Below, one piece after another: positions 14,475 to 28,533 of a stretch of DNA of 64,000 bases. Within the stretch, counting starts at the first letter, position 1; every line of letters starts with the position of its first letter. The translations under genes were made by a program, and so were the position numbers. The notes below the pieces were generated by a model. The model did no database searches and was not told where the DNA came from. It saw only the letters and a list, made by a program, of their open reading frames with translations. The stretch is from Octopus vulgaris. Its lineage: Eukaryota. The stretch is from assembly GCA_951406725.2 (NCBI GenBank), contig OX597828.1, positions 37,696,001 through 37,760,000 on the forward strand. The letters are read 5' to 3'.

Positions 14475-14558
14475 GTATAAATATATATAATATATATAAA
14501 TATATATATATATACATATACACCAATATGTATACACACATATATATGTGTAATATAT

Positions 14559-14598
<40 letters not shown>

Positions 14599-14661
14599 CA
14601 ATATGTATACACATATATATATATGTGTAATATATATATATACATGTATACATATACATAG

Positions 14662-14697
<36 letters not shown>

Positions 14698-15355
14698 GCA
14701 CACACACATATATGTCGTTTTTTCTTTTTTTATTTGTTCGTATAACGACGTCGTTCTTCTCTCTTCATTTTGGTCACGCAAATCGTGTCTTCACTGTTTC
14801 TCAGTGACAATGAAACCATTAAGCAACGACTAGTTGGAATAACTACGCAAAGGATATTCCACAAATTACCTGTGGATTCCTTTATCATAGTCATTCTCTT
14901 TCTTCCTTTTCCCCCCTTTTTTCTTTCTCCCTTCCTTTTTTTTTCTTCTTTGTTTCTATCTCGCCTCACTCTTTCTCTCATTCCCCTGTTTCTCTAGTTC
15001 TGATTTTTTTTTTACTCTCTTGTTCACTGTTTTGCATTATTTCGTCTATTCTCGTTTTCCCTCTTAACGTATCTATTAATCCCAATTCACGCTGTCTGTC
15101 TGTCTGGCTGGCTTCCATCGTAACAGACATCTATATATTCATCAAGGCACGTACAGGTGGAAACTGTATCCCGCCATCATCGGTGTATGTGTGTAAGTAT
15201 GTATGTGTGCGTGAGTGGAGGTGGTTGTTGTGGGTTACAAGCAATAATTAATGGACACAATACGTGTTAACGAGCCAATGAAGGAGCCTGTACGTCATCG
15301 CTTGACCTGCTAGAAATACCAGTCATACCACTTTCAAACCACACCTTAGTCTAAA

Positions 15356-15367
15356 ATAATAATAATA

Positions 15368-15420
<53 letters not shown>

Positions 15421-15434
15421 CGTCGTCGTCGTGG

Positions 15435-15495
<61 letters not shown>

Positions 15496-15642
15496 AAGGT
15501 GGTCGTCGTCGTCGTCGTGGTGATGATGATGATCATCATCATCATCACCATCATCACCATCATGATCATGATCATGATGGTGGTGGTGGTGGTGGTGGTG
15601 GTGGTGGTGGTGGTGGTGGTGGTGGTGGTGGCGGTGGTGGTG

Positions 15643-15674
<32 letters not shown>

Positions 15675-16048
15675 ACGTGGCATTGTAGTCCTTGGGTCCC
15701 CGCAAAAGAGTAAAATTAATGGATAGATGCTGGCTTGAATGCGTTTGATCATTGTTCTACTCATCTAGAGCTAATTCGGAGATTAAACAGTGGCAAGAAC
15801 ACCACCATCATCATCATCATCATTACCATCATCACCACCACTACCATCATCATCTTCACCATCACCATCACTATCACCATCATCATCATCATCATCACAA
15901 CCACCACCACTGCCATCATCATTATCATCATTATCCTCATCAGCACCATCGTCGTCGTCATCATCCTCACCATCATCATTATCATCGACACCACCACCAC
16001 CACCACCACCACCACCACCACCACCATCGTCGTCATCGTCATCATCAC

Positions 16049-16083
<35 letters not shown>

Positions 16084-16250
16084 ATATCAACAACTACAAC
16101 ACTCCCATCACCACCACCACCATCGTCGTCGTCGTTATCATCACCATCATCATCATCAACATCAATACCACTACCACCACCACCATCACAATCGTCGTCA
16201 TCGTGTCGTAATCATCATCATCAACAACAACAATAACAATAACAACAATA
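15356..16250. repeat. (GAT/GGT)n array followed by the complementary (CAT/CAC)n array
   Basis: 15356-15673 and 15800-16250. Confidence 0.95.
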
Positions 16251-16481
16251 AAGGCGACAACAATAATGCGCGTTTGCTATTAGATTTTGAAAACTCCCGA
16301 TTAGCATTGTCTCAAATACTGTGTTTAATTAACGTCTATTTTGATTGTGTATAAAATGTAACAAATTAATTAATCAAATACAACGAATTTTTGCCGCATT
16401 AACTAAATAGGAATATATCTTATATACAGAAATATACACTGTGTGAGTGAGTGTGTGTGTGTGTGTCTGTGTGTGTGTGTT

Positions 16482-16538
<57 letters not shown>

Positions 16539-16690
16539 ACGTAAGTGATTTTTCGTTCTCCGTTGGCTGAACACTCAGATATGCAAATTGTCGTATAACG
16601 CAACAAGTCATTATGCAAATATAAAGTATTGCAAAAAATGTTTTTTTTATAATCAGAGATCGTGTTATCAGCCGGTTGTCGTTACCAACA

Positions 16691-17030
16691 GGCGGCGAAC
16701 TGGCAGAAACGTTAACACGCCGGGCGAAATGCGTAGCTGTATTTGGTCTGCCGTTACGTTCTGAGTTCAAATTCCGCCGAGGTCGACTTTGCCTTTCATC
16801 CTTTCGGGATCGATAAATTAAGTACCAGTTACGCACTGGGGTCGATGTAATCGACTTAATCCGTTTGTCTGTCCTTGTTTGTCCTCTCTGTGTTTAGCCC
16901 CTTGTGGGTAGTAAAGAAATAGGTATTTTGTCCGCCTTTTCGTTCTGTGATCAAATTCCGCCGAGGTCGACAATGCCTTTCATCCTTTCGGGCTCAATCA
17001 AATAAGTACCAGTTGTTTACTGCGGTCGAT
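16691..17030 (+). mobile_element. SINE family C partial dimer
   Basis: Full unit 16691-16921 plus a second partial unit. Confidence 0.88.
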
Positions 17031-17519
17031 TCCCTCTGCCCTCAACACTGCTTCCCTTGTGCCAACCGCGTGGTAAGCCATTATGCCTTATTTTTTCAAG
17101 TAATTCATTACTACATATTCTCATGTGACTGTATAGGCTCAGCCTATTTTTCTAATTCTATAGGCACACCAGCCGTCCAATACCAACCCCTCGCCTTCTG
17201 CAACGTTTCAACAGTTCACTTCCCCATTGCCGTCTCTCATTGCAGCCCCTTTCCGGAATGTACCAAAGCAGAATATACCCACTGACAACTTTTGAGTGTG
17301 TTCAAAATCCACATCCCCCGAGTTTTCATGACAGTTTAGGACATGGAATCCTCCAAACAGACGCATGACATGTCGCTTAGTTGAATTAGCCCATCATTTA
17401 CTCCATAAATGTTTTGTTTTCCATGCTGCACTCTCCCGTATCACATGTTTCAACATAATTGTAATCCGTATGCAAACTATGTCATTTCAACCCCGAGCAA
17501 CGCCGGGTATCTCTGCTAG
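17031..17519 (+). mobile_element. Non-autonomous Helitron 3' portion
   Basis: CCCGAGCAACGCCGGG hairpin, 8 nt, then CTAG|T terminus. Confidence 0.65.
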
Positions 17520-17541
17520 TTTACATTATTACTGTTATTAT

Positions 17542-18111
17542 CGGTAAGCTGGCAGAATCGTTAGCCCACCGGGCAAAATGCTTAGCGGCATTTCGACCGT
17601 ACTTACGTTCGGAGTTCAAATTCCGTCCGAGGACGACTTTGCCTTTCATACCGTTCATGGTCGATAAAGGAAGTACCAATTGAACACTGGGTGTCGCTGC
17701 AACCGACTTTCTGAGTACCTCATTTCTTCTAATATATAATACCTGTACATCATCTCCAAACCTTCCAATATATATATACATATATATATATACACACACA
17801 CATATAATGCTGAAGTTGTCTGTTGTGTGGGGGGAGACAGGTTTGGTAGCCTTCAACTAGCCACTATTTCCTCCGAGACCCTGCGGCGCAAGTTGACCAA
17901 AATTGAGAATATGACGGAAGAAGGCTTGCTCTCTATTCCGTAGAAGAAAAATTTTGAAATCGGACCTTGTTAAGACCAAAACTTATTTACATCAAAAAGG
18001 TGAATTTTTTCTATGACTGTTGTGTCGCCATTTTTCGGTGTATTCCAACCAAAAAAATGTTCACTTAAAATGCTAAAAATGCTGGCCTTGTGCCAAAATT
18101 TGAAACCAATA
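17542..18111 (+). mobile_element. SINE family C, interrupted (body 17542-17708, tail 18078-18111)
   Basis: Tail gctggccttgtgccaaaatttgaaaccaat is also seen in the 53371 copy. Confidence 0.7.
17801..18070 (+). mobile_element. Possible Helitron 5' fragment nested in a SINE
   Basis: atataatgctgaagttgtctg start and ttgaccaaaattg..aaaattttgaaatcgg body. It splits SINE 17542-18111. Confidence 0.35.
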
Positions 18112-18731
18112 TCCTATGCAAATTAACCCATATGATGCTGTATGACGAACTGTAAAGGCTTGTTGGTGGACAAGCACTCACATTCTCCGTACTTCCGTAT
18201 TTTGTTCCGTCCCAAATATAACGTCAGACATGACGATAACTCACATAACATGGTTATCTTAACTACCTTGACATCATACTTCCAAACAAAACATTTCTGC
18301 CGGGTTTCATTCTGTTTACTTTAACATATTTTTTTTTAATAAATTCTCTATTTTTATTCTGCCATTTAGTCCTGTACTGGTTGATTTTTACATTTCCTTG
18401 ATCCAAAAATAGCAAGGATAAATATTTATTCAACTCACGTACAAATGCCATAAATAGTCAAAATGGTGATACGAGATATCTGGGAAATTTAATATTGAGT
18501 AAAAGAGGAACAGTTATAATTACGAAACATACATGGGTCATAGATTCGTTGAGTTGGGAGTTTCCGTAGCCGCAAAATCACTGAACAATGCTGACAAGTT
18601 ATAAAAGATCGGTGATAATAGAGAGGAATTAAGTAATATGTGCTCATATACATTCATGAGCAGGTAAACCACAGAAAAAGAAAAGCAACCGACCCAGTGT
18701 TAGAATGTTTGGTTAATATAACAACTTCAAA

Positions 18732-19330
18732 GGCGGCGAGCTGGGAGAAACGTTAGCACGCCGGGCGAAATGCGTAGCCGCGTTTCGTCTGCCGTTACAT
18801 TCTGAGTTCAAATTCCGCTGCGATCGACTTTGCCTTTCATCCCTTCGGGGTCGATAAATTAAGTACCAGTTACGCACTGGAGTCGATATAATCGACTTAA
18901 TCCGTTTGTCTGTCCTTGTTTGTCCTCTCTGTGTTTTGCTCCTCGTGGGTAGTAAAGAAATAGGTATTTCGTCTGCCGTTACGTTCTGAGTTCAAATTCC
19001 GCCGAGGTCGACTTTGCCTTTCATCCTTTCGGGGTCGATAAATTAAGTACCATTTACGCACTGGAGTCGGTGTAATCGACTTAATCCGTTTGTCTGTCCT
19101 TGTTAGTCCCTTCTATGTTTAGACCCTTGTGGGCAATAAAGAAATAAGAAACATTAGCACACCAGGCGAAATGCTTGAAGGTATTTCGTCTGTTTTTACG
19201 TTCTGAGTTCAAATTTCGTCGACGTCGACTTTGCTTTTCGTTCTTTCGGGATCAATAAATTAAGTACCAGTTGCGTCCTGGGGTCGATCTAATCGACTGG
19301 CCCCCTCGCCAAGAATTTAAAGTAGAAAAG
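18732..19330 (+). mobile_element. SINE family C trimer (GCCTTTCATCC..GGGGTCGATAAA..AGTACCAG, Meta/MESC-like domain)
   Basis: Three tandem units starting 18732, ~18962 and ~19148. Confidence 0.88.
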
Positions 19331-19508
19331 AACATATTCTCATTCTGGCAGATTTTACACTTGTAATTGTCATTGTGAAACACCTCCCTTTAGACGAAGT
19401 GAGTTCATACCTCAGGCGATTCACCGTTGTTAGGACACGGGGAATCCAGACATCGAAGTGTTTCAAAAATTTTCTGTACCTCCTCAGGCAAAGCTAAGCC
19501 TCTATACC

Positions 19509-19738
19509 TATTTCTTATTTACCCACAAGGGGCTAAACACAGAGGGGACAAACAAGGACAGACATAGGTATTAAGTCGATTACATTGACCCCAGTGTGTA
19601 ACTGGTACTTAATTTATCGACCCCGAAAGGATGAAAGGCAAAGTCGATCTCGGCGGAATTTGAACTCACAACGTAACGCAGACGAAATACCGCTAAGCAT
19701 TTCGGCCGGCGTGCTAACGTTTCTGCCAGCTCGCCGCC
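19509..19738 (-). mobile_element. SINE family C, young monomer
   Basis: Reverse complement of unit 18732-18961. TCTATACC repeat at 19501 and 19740 (TSD). Confidence 0.9.
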
Positions 19739-20129
19739 TTCTATACCGATGATCTAGCAAGATCGCTTTTGTTTGCCGGAAACAGTAAAAAAAAACTATT
19801 TTTTAAGGGATATTGATATCTGTCAGACGGACGTCTAGTTTCGAGAGGGAGCGTTCTCCTATGACGAACAAAAAAAAAAAAATAATAATTGCCATCAACT
19901 ATTCACATTTGAATCCACTAGATCGTATTAAGAACGAAGAGATACGTTTCTGCCTGGATTCTTGCTTATCAGTGTCCGTGTGCGCTTAAAACGGCAGACT
20001 TTGATGTCGCGTTAACAAAGTTTTGAGATAGTTTCAATCATTTTGAAAAAATTTTGTATTATGTAGCTTGTTATTCTCTTTAAGTGAAAATTTTTCTGGA
20101 TGAAATACACCAAAGAATCGTAAAAATTA

Positions 20130-20953
20130 GACTGCGGCCATGGAAGGGCGCCGCATTCGAATGAATTTTTAGTCGAATGAATCGACCCCTTTACCTGTTT
20201 AAGCCTGTTACTTATTCTATCGGTCCATTTTCCGAGCCGCTAGGTTACGGGAACGCAAGCATACCAGCACGGGTTGTAAAGCGGTGGGTGGGGAGAGATA
20301 AACACAGATGCAAAGACACGCGCACAGACACACGGACACACACAGTTATGTGTGCATAAATGTGTGTGTGTGTGTGTGTGTGTGAGTGTGAGTGTGTGTG
20401 TGTTTGAGTGTGTGTGTGTGTGTGTGTGTAAATATGGAACTAAATGCCCATGTTTTACTCCCTGATTTTCTGTACGTATTATAGTTTCATAATTATGCAT
20501 AATTTGCAGCGACTCCTAGGATTGATTAATCAATCGGTTAATTGACTAATTAATTAATTTATTTGATCATTAATACTGAAATTCATGGCTATAGGGTTAA
20601 GTGAGACTTCAGTTAAGATATCCTGCTTGCTTAAAAGCAATGAGCTTTACAAAAGTATCTTTCACTTCGTTGTTTGGGTTTTGTCTGCTCTTTTCAGTAT
20701 GTTAGGAGTCCACATGATGGCCTCCTCTCTGTGTATAATTTTTTTTATATATATATATACATATATAAACTTAGATATGTTTCGACCAAAGATTAGTCCA
20801 GGCAATGTCTAACGTACATACATATACATACATACATGCATATACATACATATACATGCATGCATACATACATACATACATACATACATACATACATACA
20901 TACATGCATACATCATATATATATATATATATATATATATGTACGTATATATG

Positions 20954-21038
<85 letters not shown>

Positions 21039-21170
21039 GACGTGCTATTTCCAGTTTCCGTCTACCAAATCCACTCACAAGGCTTTGGTTATCTCAGGAT
21101 ACAGTAGAAGACATTTATCTAAGGTGTCACGTTGTGGGACTGGTTGGGAAGCAAGCTTCTTGCTGCACAG
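20130..21170 (-). mobile_element. SINE family A pieces (tail 20130-20310, head 21038-21170)
   Basis: Both pieces match family A in the same orientation and order. Confidence 0.6.
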
Positions 21171-21298
21171 TTTTTCAATATTGTATTACAGCAGACAGTC
21201 AAGCTACAACAAACCATCTTTTCATTAATTACATATGCTTTATTTAGGAATTGAGAAAAATATGAATGAAACGCCCTCTCACTCCATATATATAGCAC

Positions 21299-21371
21299 TC
21301 CCATCTGGTCTAGTGGTTAGCATTCTTGGCTTTCACCAAAGGCGTCCCAGCTTCGATTCCCGCTATGGGGT
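21299..21371 (+). pseudogene. tRNA-Glu(TTC) pseudogene
   Basis: TCCCATCTGGTCTAGTGGTTAG..CTTTCAC..TTCGATTCC..TATGGGG aligns to eukaryotic tRNA-Glu(TTC), with mismatches in the T, anticodon and acceptor stems. T-run at 21379-21386. Confidence 0.8.
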
Positions 21372-21444
21372 GCGTGTCTTTTTTTATTTCAATAAAGTGA
21401 CCTAAGAAGTTTGTTTAAATCAATTCGTGAATTTAACTTATTTA

Positions 21445-21810
21445 GGCGTAGGAGTGGGTGAGTGGTAAGAAGTTTGGTTCCCAACCACATGGTTCCGGGT
21501 TCAGTTCCACTGCGTGGCACCTTGGCAAGTGTATTCCGCTTATAGTCTCGGACTAACCAAAGCCTTGTAGGCGGAAACTGAAAAAAGCCCGTCATATATA
21601 CATACATACATACATACATATATATATATTTATTTATTTATTTATTTGTGTGTGTCTGTGTTTACATCTCCGTAACTTAGCGGTTCACCAAAACCGACAG
21701 AATAAGTACTAGGCTTACAAAGAATAAGTCTTGGGGTCGATTTGTTCGACTAAAGGCAGCGCTCCAGCATGGCGGCACTCAAATGACTGAAACAAGTAAA
21801 ATAATAAAAA
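21445..21810 (+). mobile_element. SINE family A
   Basis: Head and tail match 60916-61330, with small deletions. Confidence 0.88.
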
Positions 21811-22433
21811 TGTTTTAAAGACATTTCTGTTATTTGTTTATGCGAAAATTATACACATTACTTACAATTTGGTTATTTTCTATTAGATTATATTATTAGA
21901 TTTAATCTAGATAATAACGATAATTTATCATATTCTGCAACGATTAAGTTATTAAGTTTTATCCGCGATAGAAATTCATTTTGCTGAAAGCAGTAAGTTC
22001 AAGATAGACATCTGCAATGACGACCATGCAAACGTGAAACTGTTTTACACACAAAAAAAGGCTGGGTGATAATTATAGAATATTATGCGTAGTAAGCACA
22101 GGTAGTGTATTAAACGGTTTCTTATATAAGCTAATACACACACTCACTCATAAACATGAACACACTCATTTGCGTACAAAGCCACACGTATCAGCTTAGT
22201 AATAACATATGTGTGTGAGTGTATGTGGGTGTGCACCTATAGATGTATATGCATATATTTATGTATATATAGATTCGTCGGTTTATTTCGGATGAATAAG
22301 AGAGGAGGGCTCAATTATGCGGTAGAGGGTGTGGGTTCCATTTATTGAATCTGAAACATCTACGATCTCTTCCCCTGAAGATTATAGCATCTTGAAACTC
22401 GAATCGCGCGATAAACTCTCAATTCCAGATTCA

Positions 22434-22513
<80 letters not shown>

Positions 22514-22576
22514 GTCTATCTATCTATCTGTCTATCTATCTATCGATCGACCGATCTATATATACATATATGCATA

Positions 22577-22895
<319 letters not shown>

Positions 22896-23090
22896 GTTTC
22901 AATTCGGAGTAAATAATTCAAGAGAAAAATATTTGAGAATATATTATTGACTCTGTTATTATCTAGTGTAACAATCAAAAATAATAATAGTAGAATCAAT
23001 AACAAAGTCGTTTGCAGGCCGCTAAAAACATTATATAATTGAAGGATTAAAATTTATATTAATCAAAGGACATACTAAATATATCTACCC

Positions 23091-23143
<53 letters not shown>

Positions 23144-23989
23144 CATGTATGTATGTACAGATTCTGAACACTAAAGTTCAGTGTTCACCAGTGTTTAAAA
23201 TTCAACAGTACTAGTACAACCCACAAAGAAAATGGACAAAAATATTATTAGCATCTGAATATGGCAATATGAAGCTATCTCGCACGTAAATGTACATACT
23301 TATGATGTTAAATTAGAAACACGTAAACGTCTGGTAACCATATTTATGAAAAACCGAACATCACACATGTCACTTTTATCAAACGCGAATCTCTAAAATG
23401 AAAGTGGACTAAAAAAAGAATTGAAATTATGCAATGCGAGGAATGGAGAAAACGAAACGAAACAACTGTTATTGCTTCAAGCAGTTACAATTGTAATAAA
23501 CAAAACAAAAAAAAAAAAAGGTTTTACAGCACGAAGTGATATTTCAAATTTAGAAATGAAATAACATCTTTAAGGTCAAGTGAAGAAATGAATATTATAT
23601 TTTAATGCAAGATAAATATCTTTCATAGGAACAAGAAAATAATTCACGCTTTTCTTTTTTTTTTTTTCAGTTTATAAAAGGGAATAGACAAAACACACAT
23701 TTTTATATTAGTTCAAGATTGTTCTTTCATGAATGTAACACGTGACTTCATTCACTTCCCACGCACAATGTTGCTGGAAACATACGCGTCTGTCAGTCAT
23801 TGAGGAAGTAATATCTGTTTTGCATGTATGGCAAAGCAGCTATTTTAGTATCACAAGTGGTGTACGATGGTATCATTTTCGCTCTTTCTCTCATAGACAC
23901 ACGCACACAGCACACACATAATAGACGGATAGATAGAAAGATAGCTAGATATACATATATAAATTACAATATATATATATATATACATG

Positions 23990-24020
<31 letters not shown>

Positions 24021-24023
<3 letters not shown>

Positions 24024-24220
24024 TATTTTATAGAAGGATCTTCTACAGGACTAGAACTGTTTCATTCAAATGAAATCATCAGGAAGTTTTCCTGATGATT
24101 TCATTTGAATGAAACAGTTCTAGTCCTGTAGAAGCTCCTTTTATAAAATAAATTAATTTACTCTGCCATGTATTGAGTACCTTATTTACTGTGGTTAACC
24201 CCGACTCAACCCGGGACCTA
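24021..24220 (+). mobile_element. Fold-back (TA)n-flanked cassette with hammerhead core (CTGATGA 24092, GAAA 24111)
   Basis: 65-bp arms 24021-24085 / 24089-24153 with 2 mismatches and a 3-nt loop. The right arm continues to the (TA)n at ~24220. Confidence 0.75.
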
Positions 24221-24221
24221 C

Positions 24222-24281
<60 letters not shown>

Positions 24282-24282
24282 G

Positions 24283-24352
<70 letters not shown>

Positions 24353-24355
<3 letters not shown>

Positions 24356-24542
24356 AGAGTTTACCCAAAAAATAAAAGACGAAGACAGGTGGTGTACAAA
24401 ACAAACAGATATATTAGTATAACGTTCAGGAATAGAAAAAGTCTTTTACGTTTCGAGCCTACGATCATCTACAGAAAGGGACACAGAAAAAAAAAAACAA
24501 GGAGAAAAATATGTGTGTACTGCCTAACGATCTTCATGGCGA
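24353..24542 (-). mobile_element. ~190-bp PLE 3'-end derivative with hammerhead (24441-24480)
   Basis: Near-identical to 48045-48234. 3' end abuts (TA)n. Stem II carries a mismatch (GATC/GCTC). Confidence 0.85.
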
Positions 24543-24550
24543 AAATATAT

Positions 24551-24840
24551 AGGATGGCGAATATTTTTAGAAATTTCACCACCAGTTGCCTAGTATGTAT
24601 AAAAAGTCCATAGACAACATATTCTCAACAGAAAATGGTGTATATTTAAGCACAAGAGAAAACTACCTTTAACAGGTTAATTTTTACACGCTAGAAGAAG
24701 CAGTCAAAACGACCAAAACCACATTTAAGAGCACATTTAAGAGCAATTGCTCTTAATGTGGTTTTGGTCGTTTTGACTGCTTCTTCTAGCGTGTAAAAAT
24801 CACCTGTTATAGGTAGTTTTATCTTATGCTTAAATATACA
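24551..24840 (-). mobile_element. Fold-back cassette next to (TA)n
   Basis: Arms 24639-24746 / 24747-24840, with a 12-nt duplication in the left arm. Centre aagagcaa|ttgctctt. Confidence 0.7.
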
Positions 24841-24845
24841 ATATT

Positions 24846-24900
<55 letters not shown>

Positions 24901-25229
24901 ATATACGTATACATATATGTGATTAACGCAAGATGCAATTATAACATGTGTTCCCTATATGAGTTTATCAAACTTTTCCCTATATTTGATTCGTATATTA
25001 TAATTGGTAATACAGCAAATTATAATAGTAACCGTATAAATTTACGAAGTTACTCGAACTTCATCACCTCTCTTGTACTCTTTAAAATCTCTTTAGTTTA
25101 ATGTAAAATTGTTATTACACAAATTAAGTTATGAAAGTCCTCGTGAAGCTTTAACTTGACCCAATACAGTCATACATCTGTACAACAGTAAATATTATAC
25201 ACGTCATACACCTTTATATATATACCTTC

Positions 25230-25622
25230 TACTCTCTTTTACTTGTTTCAGTCATTTGACTGTGGCCATGCTGGAGCACCACCTTTTAATCGAGCAAATC
25301 TACCCCAGGACTTATTCTTTGTAAGCCTAGTACTTATTCTATCGGTGTCTTTTGCCGAACTGCTAAGTTACGGGGACGTAAACACACCAGCATCGGTTGT
25401 CAAGCGATGTTGGGGGTACAAACACAGACACGCAAACACGCACACACATATATATACATATATACGACGGGCTTCTTTCAGTTTCCGTCTACCAAATCCA
25501 CTCACAAGGCTTTGGTCAGCCCGAGGCTACAGTAGAAGACACTTACCCTAGGTGCCACGCAATGGGAATGAACCCGGAACCATGTGGTTGGTAAGCAAGC
25601 TACTTACCACACAGCCACTCCT
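25230..25622 (-). mobile_element. SINE family A, full length
   Basis: Reverse complement of 60916-61330. Confidence 0.9.
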
Positions 25623-26207
25623 AAATATATGTGGGTGTGTGCGTGCATACGTATGTGTGTGCACACTTCTGTGTGTGTATGTATGCGTGTGTGTACTATT
25701 TATTTGTATACTGTGCATTCACAGCTCCCTCAAATGTGTATTTGAAAATGAAGTATAGAACAAATCTAACAGGAAAATGTTTATCAGTCAGACTCTCTCC
25801 TTTATCAGTCTATCTCACTCTCCGTCTCTCTCTCTCTTACTCATTTCATCTTTCTCTCAGTGTCTCTCTCTCCCACTCACTCATTCTCTCTCTCTCTTTC
25901 TTTCTATTTCTCTCTCAGCAAATATGTATCTTGTTCACTTAAGATATTCTTTCTCCTATGTCATGCTTTATACATCCAGGCATACTTTCTTAGATACATG
26001 CTTATATTGTAAGTAGAAGAGTTTGAGTAGCTACGTCTAAGGCTATACATATGTATATGCATATATATATATGTATGTATGTGTGTATATGTATGTATGT
26101 GTGTATATATATATATATATTTATATAGGTATATAGATATATTTACATAAATATATATTTATAGGTATATGTATGCATGTATTGTATGCATTTATGTATG
26201 AATTGTA

Positions 26208-26259
<52 letters not shown>

Positions 26260-26489
26260 ACTATATATATATACAATTCCAAATATATGCGTAAGCATAC
26301 ACACATACACACACACACGCAAATTTAATGTGTAATATATTTATCTGTATTTCTCCTTAGTTGCACTCTCTGCTTATATGTGCATATAAATATACATATT
26401 AAAATATATACACATACGTATATACGTATGCACACACACACACATATATATATATATATACATACATAGATACACACACACGCACACAC

Positions 26490-26535
<46 letters not shown>

Positions 26536-26555
26536 CTATCTATATATATATATTT

Positions 26556-26593
<38 letters not shown>

Positions 26594-27564
26594 GTATTTA
26601 TATATATATATGTATATATATATATGTATATATACATGTATATATATATATATAATAATAATATATATATATATATAAGCGCATGCCTATATACTATGCA
26701 TTTGCTTTCGCATACTTATTGTGTTAATAGCATCTACAGTTCTAAGTACAGCTGCATACTTTAAAGAAGCGGATTCGATTTGGTTTCTTAATTTCATCAC
26801 TTTAGGTTGATCAGATTAGAAAAATTGTAATTTCCTTACCACATTTTCTAAAATCTTCGCGTAAGATTTCTTTCAAAGTGTTTGTTCGTTTTTTTTTTTT
26901 GTTTTGCTTCTTGTTCTGTTTACATATTGTTAGATTCACAGTCTTAATCTGATGTGCTCCAACTACAACACAAACGAATTTGAAAGAAGAATATTAAACA
27001 AAAGAGAAACATATTTTGTTTTTGATGTGTTTGTAAAATATGGATTGAAAATTTCGCATGATGCTGTAAGAGAAGTATTATATAAAAATCTGGGTTTTAT
27101 ACGGAGAAGGCAATGTTTGAAATATGCTCAGACGCCTGAATATTCATATACGTCTTGAACGTGAGAAGGATCTTCATCGATGCCGCCGTCAAAGCCATCA
27201 TCATCATTATCCTCACCATCTTCAACATCATCATCATCATCATCATCATCACCATCACCATCATCATCATCATCATCGTCAACGTCGTAGTCGTCGTCGA
27301 CGTCATCATCATCATCAATGTGTGAGCATGTTTGTATGGATGTGTGTTTATATACGTATATGTACGTTTGTACATATGTATGCATGTTTGTATGTATATC
27401 TTGCACGTAAGCATATATATATATATATATACATACTTATCTATCTCCCTCTCTCCTTTCCCCATTCTCTCTCTATATATATATGTATGTATATGTCTAT
27501 ATATTATATGTATATATTTCTACATATGCATACATATACACACATACATACATATATATGTATG

Positions 27565-27604
<40 letters not shown>

Positions 27605-27727
27605 TACATATATATATACACACATATATATATACATACACACACACACACATATATATACACATATATGCATATATATATATATATATACATAGTGTGT
27701 GTGTGTGAGTGTATACATCTGCACTGT

Positions 27728-27862
27728 TTTAAAAGCCTGGTTCTTATTCTGTAGGTCCCTTTGTCGAACCGCTAGAGGACGTAAACACACCAGCATCGGT
27801 TGTCAAACGATGATGGGGGACAAATGTAGATACAAGTATACATACACAGACACACACGCACG

Positions 27863-27926
<64 letters not shown>

Positions 27927-28292
27927 CGAATCAAATTCGATTACTGGCACCCGTACCTGTGGACCGCTAAGAGCACTATCCGTGCCGGTGGCACGTAAAA
28001 AGACATTCCAGCGAGGTCGTTGCCAGTCCCACTGGACTGGCTCCTGTACAGATGGCACGTAAAAAACACCATTTGAGCGTGGCCATTGCCAGTATCGCCT
28101 GACTGTCCCTCGTGTCGGTGGCACGTAAAAGCACCTACTACACTCTCGGAGTGGTTGGCGTTAGGAAGGGCGTCCGGCTGTAGAAACTCTGCCAGATCAG
28201 ATTGGAGCCTGGTGCAGCCATCTGGTTCGCCAGTCCTCAGTCAAATCGTCCAACCCATGCTAGCATGGAAAGCGGACGTTAAACGATGATAT

Positions 28293-28326
<34 letters not shown>

Positions 28327-28533
28327 CGACGACGACGACGACGATGATGATGATGATGATGATGATACGACAGGCTTATTCCAGTTTCTGCTTAGCACAT
28401 CCACTCACATGGCTTCGGTCAGCCCAAGGTGATATTAGAAGAAACTTGACCAAGGTGTCACGCAGTGGGACTGGACCAGGAACTATGTAGCTAGCTGGGA
28501 AGCAAGCTTCTTACCACACAGCCAAGCCTACGC
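27728..28533 (-). mobile_element. SINE family A interrupted by a nested retroposon
   Basis: Tail 27728-27850 and head 28368-28533. Confidence 0.75.
27926..28366 (+). mobile_element. Retroposon 3' segment with internal subrepeats and (GAT)n tail
   Basis: Three 'tggcacgtaaaa' subrepeats, ttggcgttaggaagggcgtccggctgt, ending ggacgttaaacgatgat(gat)n. Confidence 0.65.

Noticed and set aside
15346-16354. Poly-His / Ser / Ile ORFs
   Set aside because: Trinucleotide SSRs open in most frames on both strands; no domain or splice evidence.
22370-22412. CTGAAGA..GAAA-CTCGAA-TC motif
   Set aside because: Stem II overlaps the core and stem I is unpaired; too degenerate to call.
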